A DNA stretch of 64,000 bases from an uncultured Bacteroidota bacterium (GTDB lineage: Bacteria; Bacteroidota; Ignavibacteria; UBA10030; UBA6906): contig CAVOYH010000003.1 in the NCBI GenBank assembly GCA_963700635.1, positions 1,792,001 through 1,856,000 of the forward strand, in the 5' to 3' direction. The notes under the pieces were generated by a model. It searched no databases. It had not been told where the DNA came from and saw only the letters and a list, made by a program, of their open reading frames with translations. Both the position numbers and the translations under genes were made by a program. Each line of letters starts with the position of its first letter. Positions within the stretch are counted from its first letter, which is position 1. Shown in pieces: positions 9,319-17,164 of this stretch.

Positions 9319-10344
9319 ATGAAACGTATAACCGTTCTTCTGGCGCTCCTGCTGGCGGTGAGTCTCCTTGTCGCGGAGACGGCGAGCGCTCAGAACCGGA
9401 AGGCAGGCCTTAATGCCGCCTCCTTCCTGAAAATTGGCGTCGGCGCACGGCAGGTGGGTCTCGGGTCTGCAGTGACCTCACTGTCGGGCGACGTCACCAA
9501 CATGTACTGGAACCCGGCAGGCATTGCGCTCAACGGAGACCAGAACCTTCAGGCGTCGTTTACCTATAACAAGTGGTTTGCCGATCTGAAACAGAATGCC
9601 TTCGCTGCCTCCTATCGGTTCGAAGACATCGGAACCATCGCGATCGGCGTCATGACGTTCGGTCTGTCAGGGATCAAAGCGGACCGGGATGTGTATCCCG
9701 GAAATGCCGCCCTGCAGGCTCTACAGATCGATCAAATGACGACGGATACCTACGACTACATGGACATTCTGGCAACGATCTCCTACGCACGGTACGTCAC
9801 GGACCGGTTGGCCCTTGGCGTGTCTGCAAAGTACATCAGCGAGAAGATCGATGATCAGACTGCCACCGGCGTTGCGTTCGATGTCGGCTCCGTCTATCAT
9901 ATCGGCGTGCTCGGCTGGAGCATCGGCGCCCGCATCAGCAATCTGGGAAGCGACATCAAGTTCTACGAATACGCCTCCCCGATTCCGTTGACGTTCAGCA
10001 TCGGGACTTCGATGACGCCGTATGCAGACGACATGGGCAAACTGCTCATCTCCGTGGACGCGGTGAAACCGCAGGACGGCCTCCAGTATTATTTTGCCGG
10101 CGGCGAGTTCACGTTCATGGATATGGTGTCGGTCCGCGGCGGCTACAAATTCAACTACTCCGGCGTGGATGATGGCGGTAACAGCTTTGCTGATGCCATC
10201 AACACAAGCGTCGAGGGGTTCACTCTCGGTGCGGGCTTCAAGACGAAGTTCAGCGATTACGGTATCGGCGTGGACTATGCCTTTACCAAGATGGACCTCG
10301 TTGACGCAGTCCACCGCGTCACGCTGTCGTTCAACATGAAATAA
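9319..10344 (+). CDS. PorV/PorQ-family (FadL-like) outer-membrane beta-barrel
   Basis: 341 aa; signal peptide followed by FLKIGVGARQVGLG and MYWNPAGIA; alternating strands such as VAFDVG, ISNLG and VRGGY; ends HRVTLSF. Confidence 0.85.
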   Translation: MKRITVLLALLLAVSLLVAETASAQNRKAGLNAASFLKIGVGARQVGLGSAVTSLSGDVTNMYWNPAGIALNGDQNLQASFTYNKWFADLKQNAFAASYRFEDIGTIAIGVMTFGLSGIKADRDVYPGNAALQALQIDQMTTDTYDYMDILATISYARYVTDRLALGVSAKYISEKIDDQTATGVAFDVGSVYHIGVLGWSIGARISNLGSDIKFYEYASPIPLTFSIGTSMTPYADDMGKLLISVDAVKPQDGLQYYFAGGEFTFMDMVSVRGGYKFNYSGVDDGGNSFADAINTSVEGFTLGAGFKTKFSDYGIGVDYAFTKMDLVDAVHRVTLSFNMK

Positions 10345-10406
10345 CCACTCGTCGCAAAATGGACATGACGATGGTAGTGCTCTAACGTACCCCTGAAAAC
10401 AGGGCT

Positions 10407-10455
10407 GGGGTAGTCTCCAGGTGCAACAGCCGTAGGGGACTACCCCTTTTCTTTT
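10407..10455 (+). terminator. Intrinsic terminator after the receptor-cargo-PorV unit
   Basis: Stem GGGGTAGTCTCC (10407-10418) pairs with GGGGACTACCCC (10435-10446) with one G-U pair; 16-nt loop; followed by TTTTCTTTT. Confidence 0.75.
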
Positions 10456-10465
10456 GAAAGAGATG

Positions 10466-10495
10466 ATTATGAATTGGCAATTGTCAGTTCATAAT
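10466..10495. promoter_or_regulatory. AT-rich 30-bp imperfect palindrome upstream of the MetE-like gene
   Basis: ATTATGAATTGGCAA-TTGTCAGTTCATAAT; 13 of 15 arm positions are complementary. It overlaps a possible TTATGA-N17-CATAAT promoter. Confidence 0.45.
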
Positions 10496-10526
10496 TCGCA
10501 CTTGTCTGGATATCGCGGGAGCCGGA

Positions 10527-11555
10527 ATGCCTTTTCCTCTTCTTCCAACCACCGTCATCGGCAGCTACTCATTCCCGTCCTGGCTCGACCGAGTCCGCAC
10601 CCTTGGCAGGGAAGGCGTACTTTCCCCCGCCGAGGTGCAGGGTGCCCATGACGCCGCGGTCTGCTCGGCCATCCTCGACCAGGAGGTTGCGGGCGTGGAT
10701 ATCATCACCGACGGTGAGCTGCGCCGCGAGACGATGGTGAATTTTTTCTCCATGCGCATCCATGGCTTCGACATGGCAGGGAAGATGAAAGCCATCGGCA
10801 ACCTGGATCCCTCCATCCAGATGCTGGATCCAGTTGTCCGGGAAAAAGTCCGGCGCAAGGACGGCCTGGGCATGGACGAGCACTACCGGTTTCTGAAGGC
10901 CAACGCGCGTCATGCCACAAAGGTCTGTGTGACCGGGCCCCAGATGCTCGCCAAGCGTGCCACCAACGAGTTCTATCCGTCTGACAAGGAGTTGATCTTC
11001 GACCTGAGCGACATTCTCAATGTGGAGCTCAAAGGCCTTGTGGCGGCAGGATGCAAGTTCATCCAGATCGACGAACCGGTGTGGGTGGGGTATCCGCAGG
11101 ACATGCCCTGGCTCGTTGAGTCGTTCAACCGGCTCGTGGCAGGCGTCGATGCAACAATCACCCTCCATGTCTGCTACGGCAACTACCAGTTGAAGAAGCT
11201 GTTCACGGGGCAGTATGCGGAACTCTTCCCGGAAATCCTGAATACGCATGCGCACCAGATCAGTCTCGAGTTCGCCGTTTCAGATGGCGTCGGCCTGGAA
11301 TTGTTTACGCAGTACGCAACCGACAAAGAAGTTGTTGTCGGCGTGATCGATGTCAAAGATGAGTCTGTCGAAACCTCGGACATCGTTGCCCGCCGTATCC
11401 GTCAGGCGCTCAAACACATTCGTGCGGAGAAGATGATCGTCAGTCCGGACTGCGGCATGAAGTTCATGCCACGCGACCGTGCTTTTGGAAAACTGAAAGC
11501 CCTGGTCGAAGGAACTCGAATCGTCCGTGCCGAACTCACGGGCACGAAATCATAA
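10527..11555 (+). CDS. Cobalamin-independent methionine synthase II family protein (single-barrel MetE-like Zn enzyme)
   Basis: PTTVIGSY, DQEVAGVDIITDGELRR, IQIDEP; Zn ligands in LHVCYGN, LEFA and SPDCGM; 342 aa. Confidence 0.88.
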   Translation: MPFPLLPTTVIGSYSFPSWLDRVRTLGREGVLSPAEVQGAHDAAVCSAILDQEVAGVDIITDGELRRETMVNFFSMRIHGFDMAGKMKAIGNLDPSIQMLDPVVREKVRRKDGLGMDEHYRFLKANARHATKVCVTGPQMLAKRATNEFYPSDKELIFDLSDILNVELKGLVAAGCKFIQIDEPVWVGYPQDMPWLVESFNRLVAGVDATITLHVCYGNYQLKKLFTGQYAELFPEILNTHAHQISLEFAVSDGVGLELFTQYATDKEVVVGVIDVKDESVETSDIVARRIRQALKHIRAEKMIVSPDCGMKFMPRDRAFGKLKALVEGTRIVRAELTGTKS

Positions 11556-11612
11556 ACCCGTTGTTCTCTGTGGTGACCCAACGTCCCGGGCCCCAGACCC
11601 TGTCGATACCCC

Positions 11613-12458
11613 ATGCTCCTCGGCCTCGACACATACAGCCATCATCACGCGTTCGGACGACGCGGCGGCCATCACCCGGTGCAGGCCATGGATCTGTTTG
11701 CGTTCATGGACAAGGTGGTGGAGTACGGCCTCCGCGGGGTCCAGATCGATCCTCTTCATCTGCCCCAGGGGGACGACGAGTACCTCGATGTGCTCCGTGA
11801 CGAAGCCGGTGAGCGAAACCTCTTCCTTGGCTACGGCATTGAAGGCGTTGCGCCGGAATCGGTCCTCGAAGGGATCCGGGTCAGCCGGAAGATCAAAAGC
11901 CGCACATTGAGGGCGACGATCGGGTTCGTGCGGTTTGCGCAGGGAACAGACCTTCGCGCGAACATCGTGAAGACGGAACAGCATATCAGGGCCAGCGTCC
12001 ATGCATTGGAAGATGCGGACGTCCGGCTTGCACTCTGCAGCCACGCGGCCCTGCGCAGTGACGAGCTCGTCTCCCTTGTGGAGACCATTGGCAGTACGCA
12101 CGTCGGCATCTGCCTGGATCTGGGGAGCAGTCTCTGCATACTCGAAGACACGATCGATGCCGCGAAGCGTCTCGTCCCGTTTGCGGTTACGGCACAGATC
12201 AGGGACTACAGTATCGTACCGAACGCCAGCGGCTGCACCATCGAGGGCGCACCTCTCGGGCAGGGAGTGCTTCCGCTTCCGGAGCTGTACCGTATCTTCG
12301 TGGAAGAGGGGACCGTTGAACGCCTGATCCTGGAAGTCCCCATCGATGCCGGCCGTGGAGAGAAACATGCAGTCGAGCACGAGGAGGCTGCCATCAGGTC
12401 AAGCGTCGACTATTGCCGTACGGTCCTCGGCGTAGGCGCTTCGGAGCCCGGATGGTGA
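11613..12458 (+). CDS. Sugar phosphate isomerase/epimerase family TIM-barrel protein
   Basis: 281 aa; LGLDTYS start, GLRGVQI, VGICLDLGS, PLGQGVLPL, LILEV. Several usual metal ligands look substituted (ALCSH for xENH, AQIRD for xHxKD). Confidence 0.75.
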   Translation: MLLGLDTYSHHHAFGRRGGHHPVQAMDLFAFMDKVVEYGLRGVQIDPLHLPQGDDEYLDVLRDEAGERNLFLGYGIEGVAPESVLEGIRVSRKIKSRTLRATIGFVRFAQGTDLRANIVKTEQHIRASVHALEDADVRLALCSHAALRSDELVSLVETIGSTHVGICLDLGSSLCILEDTIDAAKRLVPFAVTAQIRDYSIVPNASGCTIEGAPLGQGVLPLPELYRIFVEEGTVERLILEVPIDAGRGEKHAVEHEEAAIRSSVDYCRTVLGVGASEPGW

Positions 12459-14659
12459 CGAGCATGGGCGAAACGGTGCAGGAAGCTCTGCAGTTGACGC
12501 AGGCGGTCGCCGTCACTCCCCATGGTCATGAGGTTGAGCGGACCGTCGCGCGCGCCTGGTGCGAACTTGCCGGACGTGCGATCCCCATCGTCAACGCCGG
12601 AGTCCCGGCGAAGCCGGGCGACCGTACGTTTCGCATTGCCACAGGACCGGGGGATGCTCAACCACCGGCCATGTCGTTCCGGCTCGACGCCGACGGAACC
12701 GGAGAGTTGCACGCGAGCCATCCCCACTGGCTGTATCACGCCTTCAGCACCGTGCGTGCGGATCTCCCTGATCTGACTCTCGCACAGACCGCAGCCGGCC
12801 GCACGTATACCCCCGCCTTTCCATGGATGCGCAACCTCAGCGATTTTCTGGTCGGCAGCCTCCGGACGGCACGAGGGTTCGATCCGCATGCGTATGTCGA
12901 ACAGGTCGCGGGCCAGGGATTCACGCATATCACCGTCAACGCCCTCGGCGTTCCCCGCCCCTTCGAATCCGGTCCGCCGGGTGATGTCTATTCCTGGTTT
13001 TATGACTACAGCCCCGACCTCGACCAGTTTGTCGACAGCGAATTACTGCGTGGATACTATCCGCCGGACTATCTGAGTGCGAACCTGCGGGCCCTGAAAG
13101 AACGGGCTGCGCAGGCACGACGGTACGGACTCGTGCCGGGACTCCATGTCAACTCCCCCCGCTCTATGCCGGAAGACTTCTGGAACACATACGGATTCCT
13201 GCGGGGTGCACGTGTCGATCATCCACGGGAGACCTTCCGGCCCCGCTATACGCTGGCCATGGCACACCCGCGAGTTCAGGAACACTACCGCGTCCTTGTC
13301 CAGAAGATCATGGAGGAAGTCCCCGACCTGGGGTTCATGCATGTCTGGACCAACGACAGCGGGTCGGGGTTCGAATTCGTGTCATCCCTCTACGCCGGCC
13401 GGAACGGCGGGCCGTACCTTCTCCGCGAGTGGAAAGGTCACGATGAAATTGCCCGGAAAGCGGCCGCCAACGTTCTGACGTATTATCGCCTTCTCCGCGA
13501 CGAAGCGCGACGGGTGAATCCCCGGTTCCGTGTGATCTGCGATCTCGGCCCCTTCTATGACGAACGCCGCTATATCGTGCCGGCCCTGGGCGATGGCATC
13601 GACGCGGGGAGCTTCGCCTTTTTCTCCGACCCTGGCGATGGTTCCTCCCGTGAGCCGGCGCTTCCCCCCGGAACTATGGTCCACCGCAAACTCGTTATCT
13701 GCGACAATAACCTCCCCGGGATGCCCTTCCCCGGGCTCGTCTATGAACGGCTCATGGAGGCGCGGCGGGAGGGAAGCGAAGCCGTTCTCTGCGGAACAAC
13801 GCCACACTCGGTTGCCCCCTTTGACGTAAATGGGGAGGTCGTGCGTTCTCTCCAGTCGTCACCGGAGAAGCCGCTCGGGCAGATTCTGGCGGCGACGGCA
13901 GAACGCTGGGCAGGGACCGCCCATGCACAACTCCTTGTGACTCTCTGGATGGGTGCCGACGAAGCAGTACGGAACTTCCCGGCCGATGTGCCTATGAGCA
14001 CGTTCGGATTCCCATGGTTCCGACTCTGGGTGCGGCCGTTCGTCCCCGATATCGATGCGGTATCCCCCGTCGAGCGGCGCTACTATGAGGATTTCCTGCT
14101 CGCGACCTTCAACAATCCTGCAAGGGTTGACCTCAACAACGACATGATGTGGGATTTCCTGAGCGTGAGTCAGGCCGGCGAGCGAAAGGAAATCATCGAT
14201 CGAAAAGTTCTGCCCCCTCTTGACCGGGCCCTCGATCGCCTGGCAAGGGCGCTGGCGACGCTCGGAGAGCACGAGCCTGCAGTAAAGGTGCTTGCTGATC
14301 TGCATGACCGCCTTCTGGCGGCACGATGCTATTTCACGACCATGCGGAACACGATGGCCTGGACGGAATCCGTCCACGGGTATATCGAAGCGACGACGCA
14401 GAGCGAACGTGAACGGTATCGCGGCATGTGTTGCGCGATGGTGGAGAACGAGCTCGGCAATACGCACCGCCTGCTGACGCTCTGGAATGAAACCGATGTG
14501 GACATCATACCTCTCTCTGCCGTTTCCGAATCGCTGCATATCTACGGGGAGAACTTCGGACGGCTTCTCGCACGGAAGATCGCGCTCATGGAGCGCCATC
14601 GGGAAGACCAGCCACGGATAGATCCGGAGTACATGTGGAGGATGAAGGGTGAGCAGTGA
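12452..14659 (+). CDS. Uncharacterised ~735-aa protein (family A), paralog of 54741..57077; possible glycoside hydrolase-like barrel
   Basis: Long ORF with no signal peptide. It shares LDQFV, LRGARVDHP, FRPRY, WxNDSGxGFE, LYxGRNGG and YYEDFLLAT with 54741..57077. Start is ATG 12452 or 12464. Confidence 0.75.
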   Translation: MVTSMGETVQEALQLTQAVAVTPHGHEVERTVARAWCELAGRAIPIVNAGVPAKPGDRTFRIATGPGDAQPPAMSFRLDADGTGELHASHPHWLYHAFSTVRADLPDLTLAQTAAGRTYTPAFPWMRNLSDFLVGSLRTARGFDPHAYVEQVAGQGFTHITVNALGVPRPFESGPPGDVYSWFYDYSPDLDQFVDSELLRGYYPPDYLSANLRALKERAAQARRYGLVPGLHVNSPRSMPEDFWNTYGFLRGARVDHPRETFRPRYTLAMAHPRVQEHYRVLVQKIMEEVPDLGFMHVWTNDSGSGFEFVSSLYAGRNGGPYLLREWKGHDEIARKAAANVLTYYRLLRDEARRVNPRFRVICDLGPFYDERRYIVPALGDGIDAGSFAFFSDPGDGSSREPALPPGTMVHRKLVICDNNLPGMPFPGLVYERLMEARREGSEAVLCGTTPHSVAPFDVNGEVVRSLQSSPEKPLGQILAATAERWAGTAHAQLLVTLWMGADEAVRNFPADVPMSTFGFPWFRLWVRPFVPDIDAVSPVERRYYEDFLLATFNNPARVDLNNDMMWDFLSVSQAGERKEIIDRKVLPPLDRALDRLARALATLGEHEPAVKVLADLHDRLLAARCYFTTMRNTMAWTESVHGYIEATTQSERERYRGMCCAMVENELGNTHRLLTLWNETDVDIIPLSAVSESLHIYGENFGRLLARKIALMERHREDQPRIDPEYMWRMKGEQ

Positions 14660-14743
14660 TGGGAGAAGTGGGAGTGGAGCACCGTGAAGAGTCACATGAG
14701 AAGAGCGGGGGAAGTACCAGGAACGCACATCAAGGAGGGAGTT

Positions 14744-15550
14744 ATGTACGGTGGCCGGTATGAGGTGACAGAAGAGCAGGTGACGTTCTATGAAGAGAAC
14801 GGATACATCCAGCTGCATAACGTGCTCACCGCGGAGGAAGTCGCTGTCCTTCGGGCGGCAGTGGATGTTGCGGTGGAAGACCGGAAACGACTCCAGCAGA
14901 ACTGGGGGCCACGGTCTGACGAAGGGTACGCGAAGGTCTTCCTGCAGATGGTGAATGTGTGGGAGCGCTATCCGGCGATTGAAGAGTACGTGATGAGCCG
15001 GCGCGTCGGTGGTATCGCCCGACAGCTCACACGGGCACCCTTCGTCCGGCTCTGGCACGATCAGGCACTGATCAAATTCCCCAAAGACAGCAAAGCAACC
15101 GCCTGGCATCAGGACAAAGTCTACTGGCCGATGAAGGAGAACGGCGCCCTGTCATGCTGGATGGCCCTGGACGACGTGACGGTGGACAACGGCTGCATGT
15201 CGTTCCTTCCCGGTTCGCACAAGCTGGGTCCGCTCGATCCCATTGATCTGGGCGCGGCGGGCGATGCCGACCTCCTGGAGCTCCTCCCCATCGGCCAGCG
15301 CGAAGGTGTCCGGCCCGCAGTGATGGAAATGAAAGCCGGCAGCTGCACGTTTCATAACGGATTGACGTTTCACTACGCCGGTCCCAACGTAACGGACGGA
15401 CCGAGGCGCGCAATGGTGACCATTTTCATGCCTGCAGGGACCCATTTCGTCACACAAGAACACATCGTGGGGGACAGGGGCAAGCTGACCGAAGGGGAGG
15501 AATTCCACGGTCCCCTCTTTCCTGTCGTGAGCCGGAAGGGCGCGGAATGA
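14744..15550 (+). CDS. Phytanoyl-CoA dioxygenase (PhyH) family Fe(II)/2-oxoglutarate enzyme
   Basis: RBS AAGGAGG before ATG 14744; FYEENGY, WHQD, WMALDD...NGCM..LPGSH, FHNGLTFHYAGPN...RRA. Confidence 0.9.
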   Translation: MYGGRYEVTEEQVTFYEENGYIQLHNVLTAEEVAVLRAAVDVAVEDRKRLQQNWGPRSDEGYAKVFLQMVNVWERYPAIEEYVMSRRVGGIARQLTRAPFVRLWHDQALIKFPKDSKATAWHQDKVYWPMKENGALSCWMALDDVTVDNGCMSFLPGSHKLGPLDPIDLGAAGDADLLELLPIGQREGVRPAVMEMKAGSCTFHNGLTFHYAGPNVTDGPRRAMVTIFMPAGTHFVTQEHIVGDRGKLTEGEEFHGPLFPVVSRKGAE

Positions 15551-17148
15551 AGGCCGGATCTTCCGCCGTCGCCGAAACCCGTATCACATGTCACGACCCG
15601 CGCATCGATGCATTACTTCCCCGCATCCGCCGGTTCATGGATCAGGATGTCAGCGAGATCACCGTCATGGGCTCGTTCGTCCGCGGATATCATTCGCCGG
15701 ATACCCCCAGTCTCTGGTTGCGCGATCATTCGGACATGATGCGGGGCGCCCGGTACTGGGAACGGGACATGGTCAGCATGGTCGAGTACTTTGCAGAGAC
15801 CCAGACAAAGCGGGGGTGGATCTTTGACTATGTCACGCTCGTTCCCGATAAACTCCCGTGCGAACGGGAGAACTGGGCAAAACATGTGCGCGTCCCCGTG
15901 GAAGCGGACGTGGAGTACCGGTTTGTCAACGGGGTCTATCTGGCCTGGCAGGCCACGGGCGATGATGTCTGGATGAAACGCATGCTTCCGCACTGCGAAC
16001 GTGCGATTGCCTACATTCTGAATGATCCCTGGCGGTGGGACAAGAAGCTCGGACTCGTCAAACGTGCATTCACGATCGACACGTGGGATTTCGATTACAC
16101 GGCCGGGCGGAACGAGTGGCTGAACTTCCAGATCACCGATGACACATTCTGGGGGATCATGCACGGCGACAACTCCGGGTATTATCAGGCGTTTCTTCAG
16201 CTTGCGGCGATGCAGGCCCACCTGCGGCAGCATACGCGGGCCGCGTCCTGGCGCCGGTTCGCGGCGGCGTTCCGCAAACGTGCCAACGCCGTCTGCTTCA
16301 ACGGCAGATTCTACACCCATCAGGTCCATCTCGTACCGGTGACGATACCGGGAGTGGACGAGAGCGCCCAGCTCAGCCTCAGCAATCCCATGGACATCAA
16401 CAGGGGAATGGCCACGCACGCGATGGCCGTGTCCATTCTGGACGAATACCGCCGGCGGGGTGAATCCACCGGCGCCTTCGCTCCCTGGTTCAGTATCGAC
16501 CCCCCCTTCCCGGACGGTATCTACGGCGACGAAAAACTCGTGGGCGGGGCCTATTGCAACGGCGGCATCATGCCTCTTGTGGGAGGCGAGCTCGCCCGCG
16601 CCGCACTGGAACATGGATGGGAGTCCTTCGGCGTCGACCAACTACTCCGCTATGAGCACCTCACGGGCAACGACGAAACGTATCTCTGGTATTTCCCCGG
16701 CGGAAGCCATGCGACAAAGGAAACCAGTACGAGCCCGGAAGCCTATCCGACGGATGGATGGGGAGCCTCCTCGATGCTCTACGCTCTCGTTGAAGGACTG
16801 GCAGGTGTCGTCGACGAGGCATCCCTCTTCCGGCAGGTGCGCCTTTCGCCACGATGGATGGCAGCGGGGACAGACGAAGCGCATGTGACGTGCGCCTATG
16901 GAGCTTCAGGAGCAAGCATTGCCTACGAATATGCCCATGACGCAGCGCGCCGGTCTCTTTCGATTGCGGTCCACGGTCGATGCACCCTTCGCCTTCATGC
17001 TCTCCTCCCTGCCGGAACACGCGCGAAACGGGTCCGGGTCAATGGGAGAACAGTTCCGTCAAAGACGGCCATCATTGAAACCAGTTCCTATGCCGATGCC
17101 TCCTGTCGGGTCAATGGAAAGGCTCTGATAGAAATACTCTATTCTTGA
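15547..17148 (+). CDS. Six-hairpin glycosidase-like protein of unknown specificity
   Basis: ATGA overlap with PhyH; LWLRDH, EADVEY...YLAWQATGD, DTWDF, YCNGGIMP, GWGASSM..ALVEGLAGV; C-terminal beta-rich domain; no signal peptide. Confidence 0.65.
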   Translation: MKAGSSAVAETRITCHDPRIDALLPRIRRFMDQDVSEITVMGSFVRGYHSPDTPSLWLRDHSDMMRGARYWERDMVSMVEYFAETQTKRGWIFDYVTLVPDKLPCERENWAKHVRVPVEADVEYRFVNGVYLAWQATGDDVWMKRMLPHCERAIAYILNDPWRWDKKLGLVKRAFTIDTWDFDYTAGRNEWLNFQITDDTFWGIMHGDNSGYYQAFLQLAAMQAHLRQHTRAASWRRFAAAFRKRANAVCFNGRFYTHQVHLVPVTIPGVDESAQLSLSNPMDINRGMATHAMAVSILDEYRRRGESTGAFAPWFSIDPPFPDGIYGDEKLVGGAYCNGGIMPLVGGELARAALEHGWESFGVDQLLRYEHLTGNDETYLWYFPGGSHATKETSTSPEAYPTDGWGASSMLYALVEGLAGVVDEASLFRQVRLSPRWMAAGTDEAHVTCAYGASGASIAYEYAHDAARRSLSIAVHGRCTLRLHALLPAGTRAKRVRVNGRTVPSKTAIIETSSYADASCRVNGKALIEILYS

Positions 17149-17164
17149 TGAGAGGGTCCGAATC

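Noticed and set aside
10345-10526. SAM or cobalamin riboswitch upstream of the MetE-like gene
   Set aside because: I could not recognise the conserved core of either class. The structure is explained by a terminator and a palindrome. An Rfam scan would settle it.
11556-11612. C-rich spacers here and at 20753-20781, and purine-rich spacers at 14660-14740 and 52866-52948, as a repeat family
   Set aside because: They are low-complexity and not alignable beyond a few bases.
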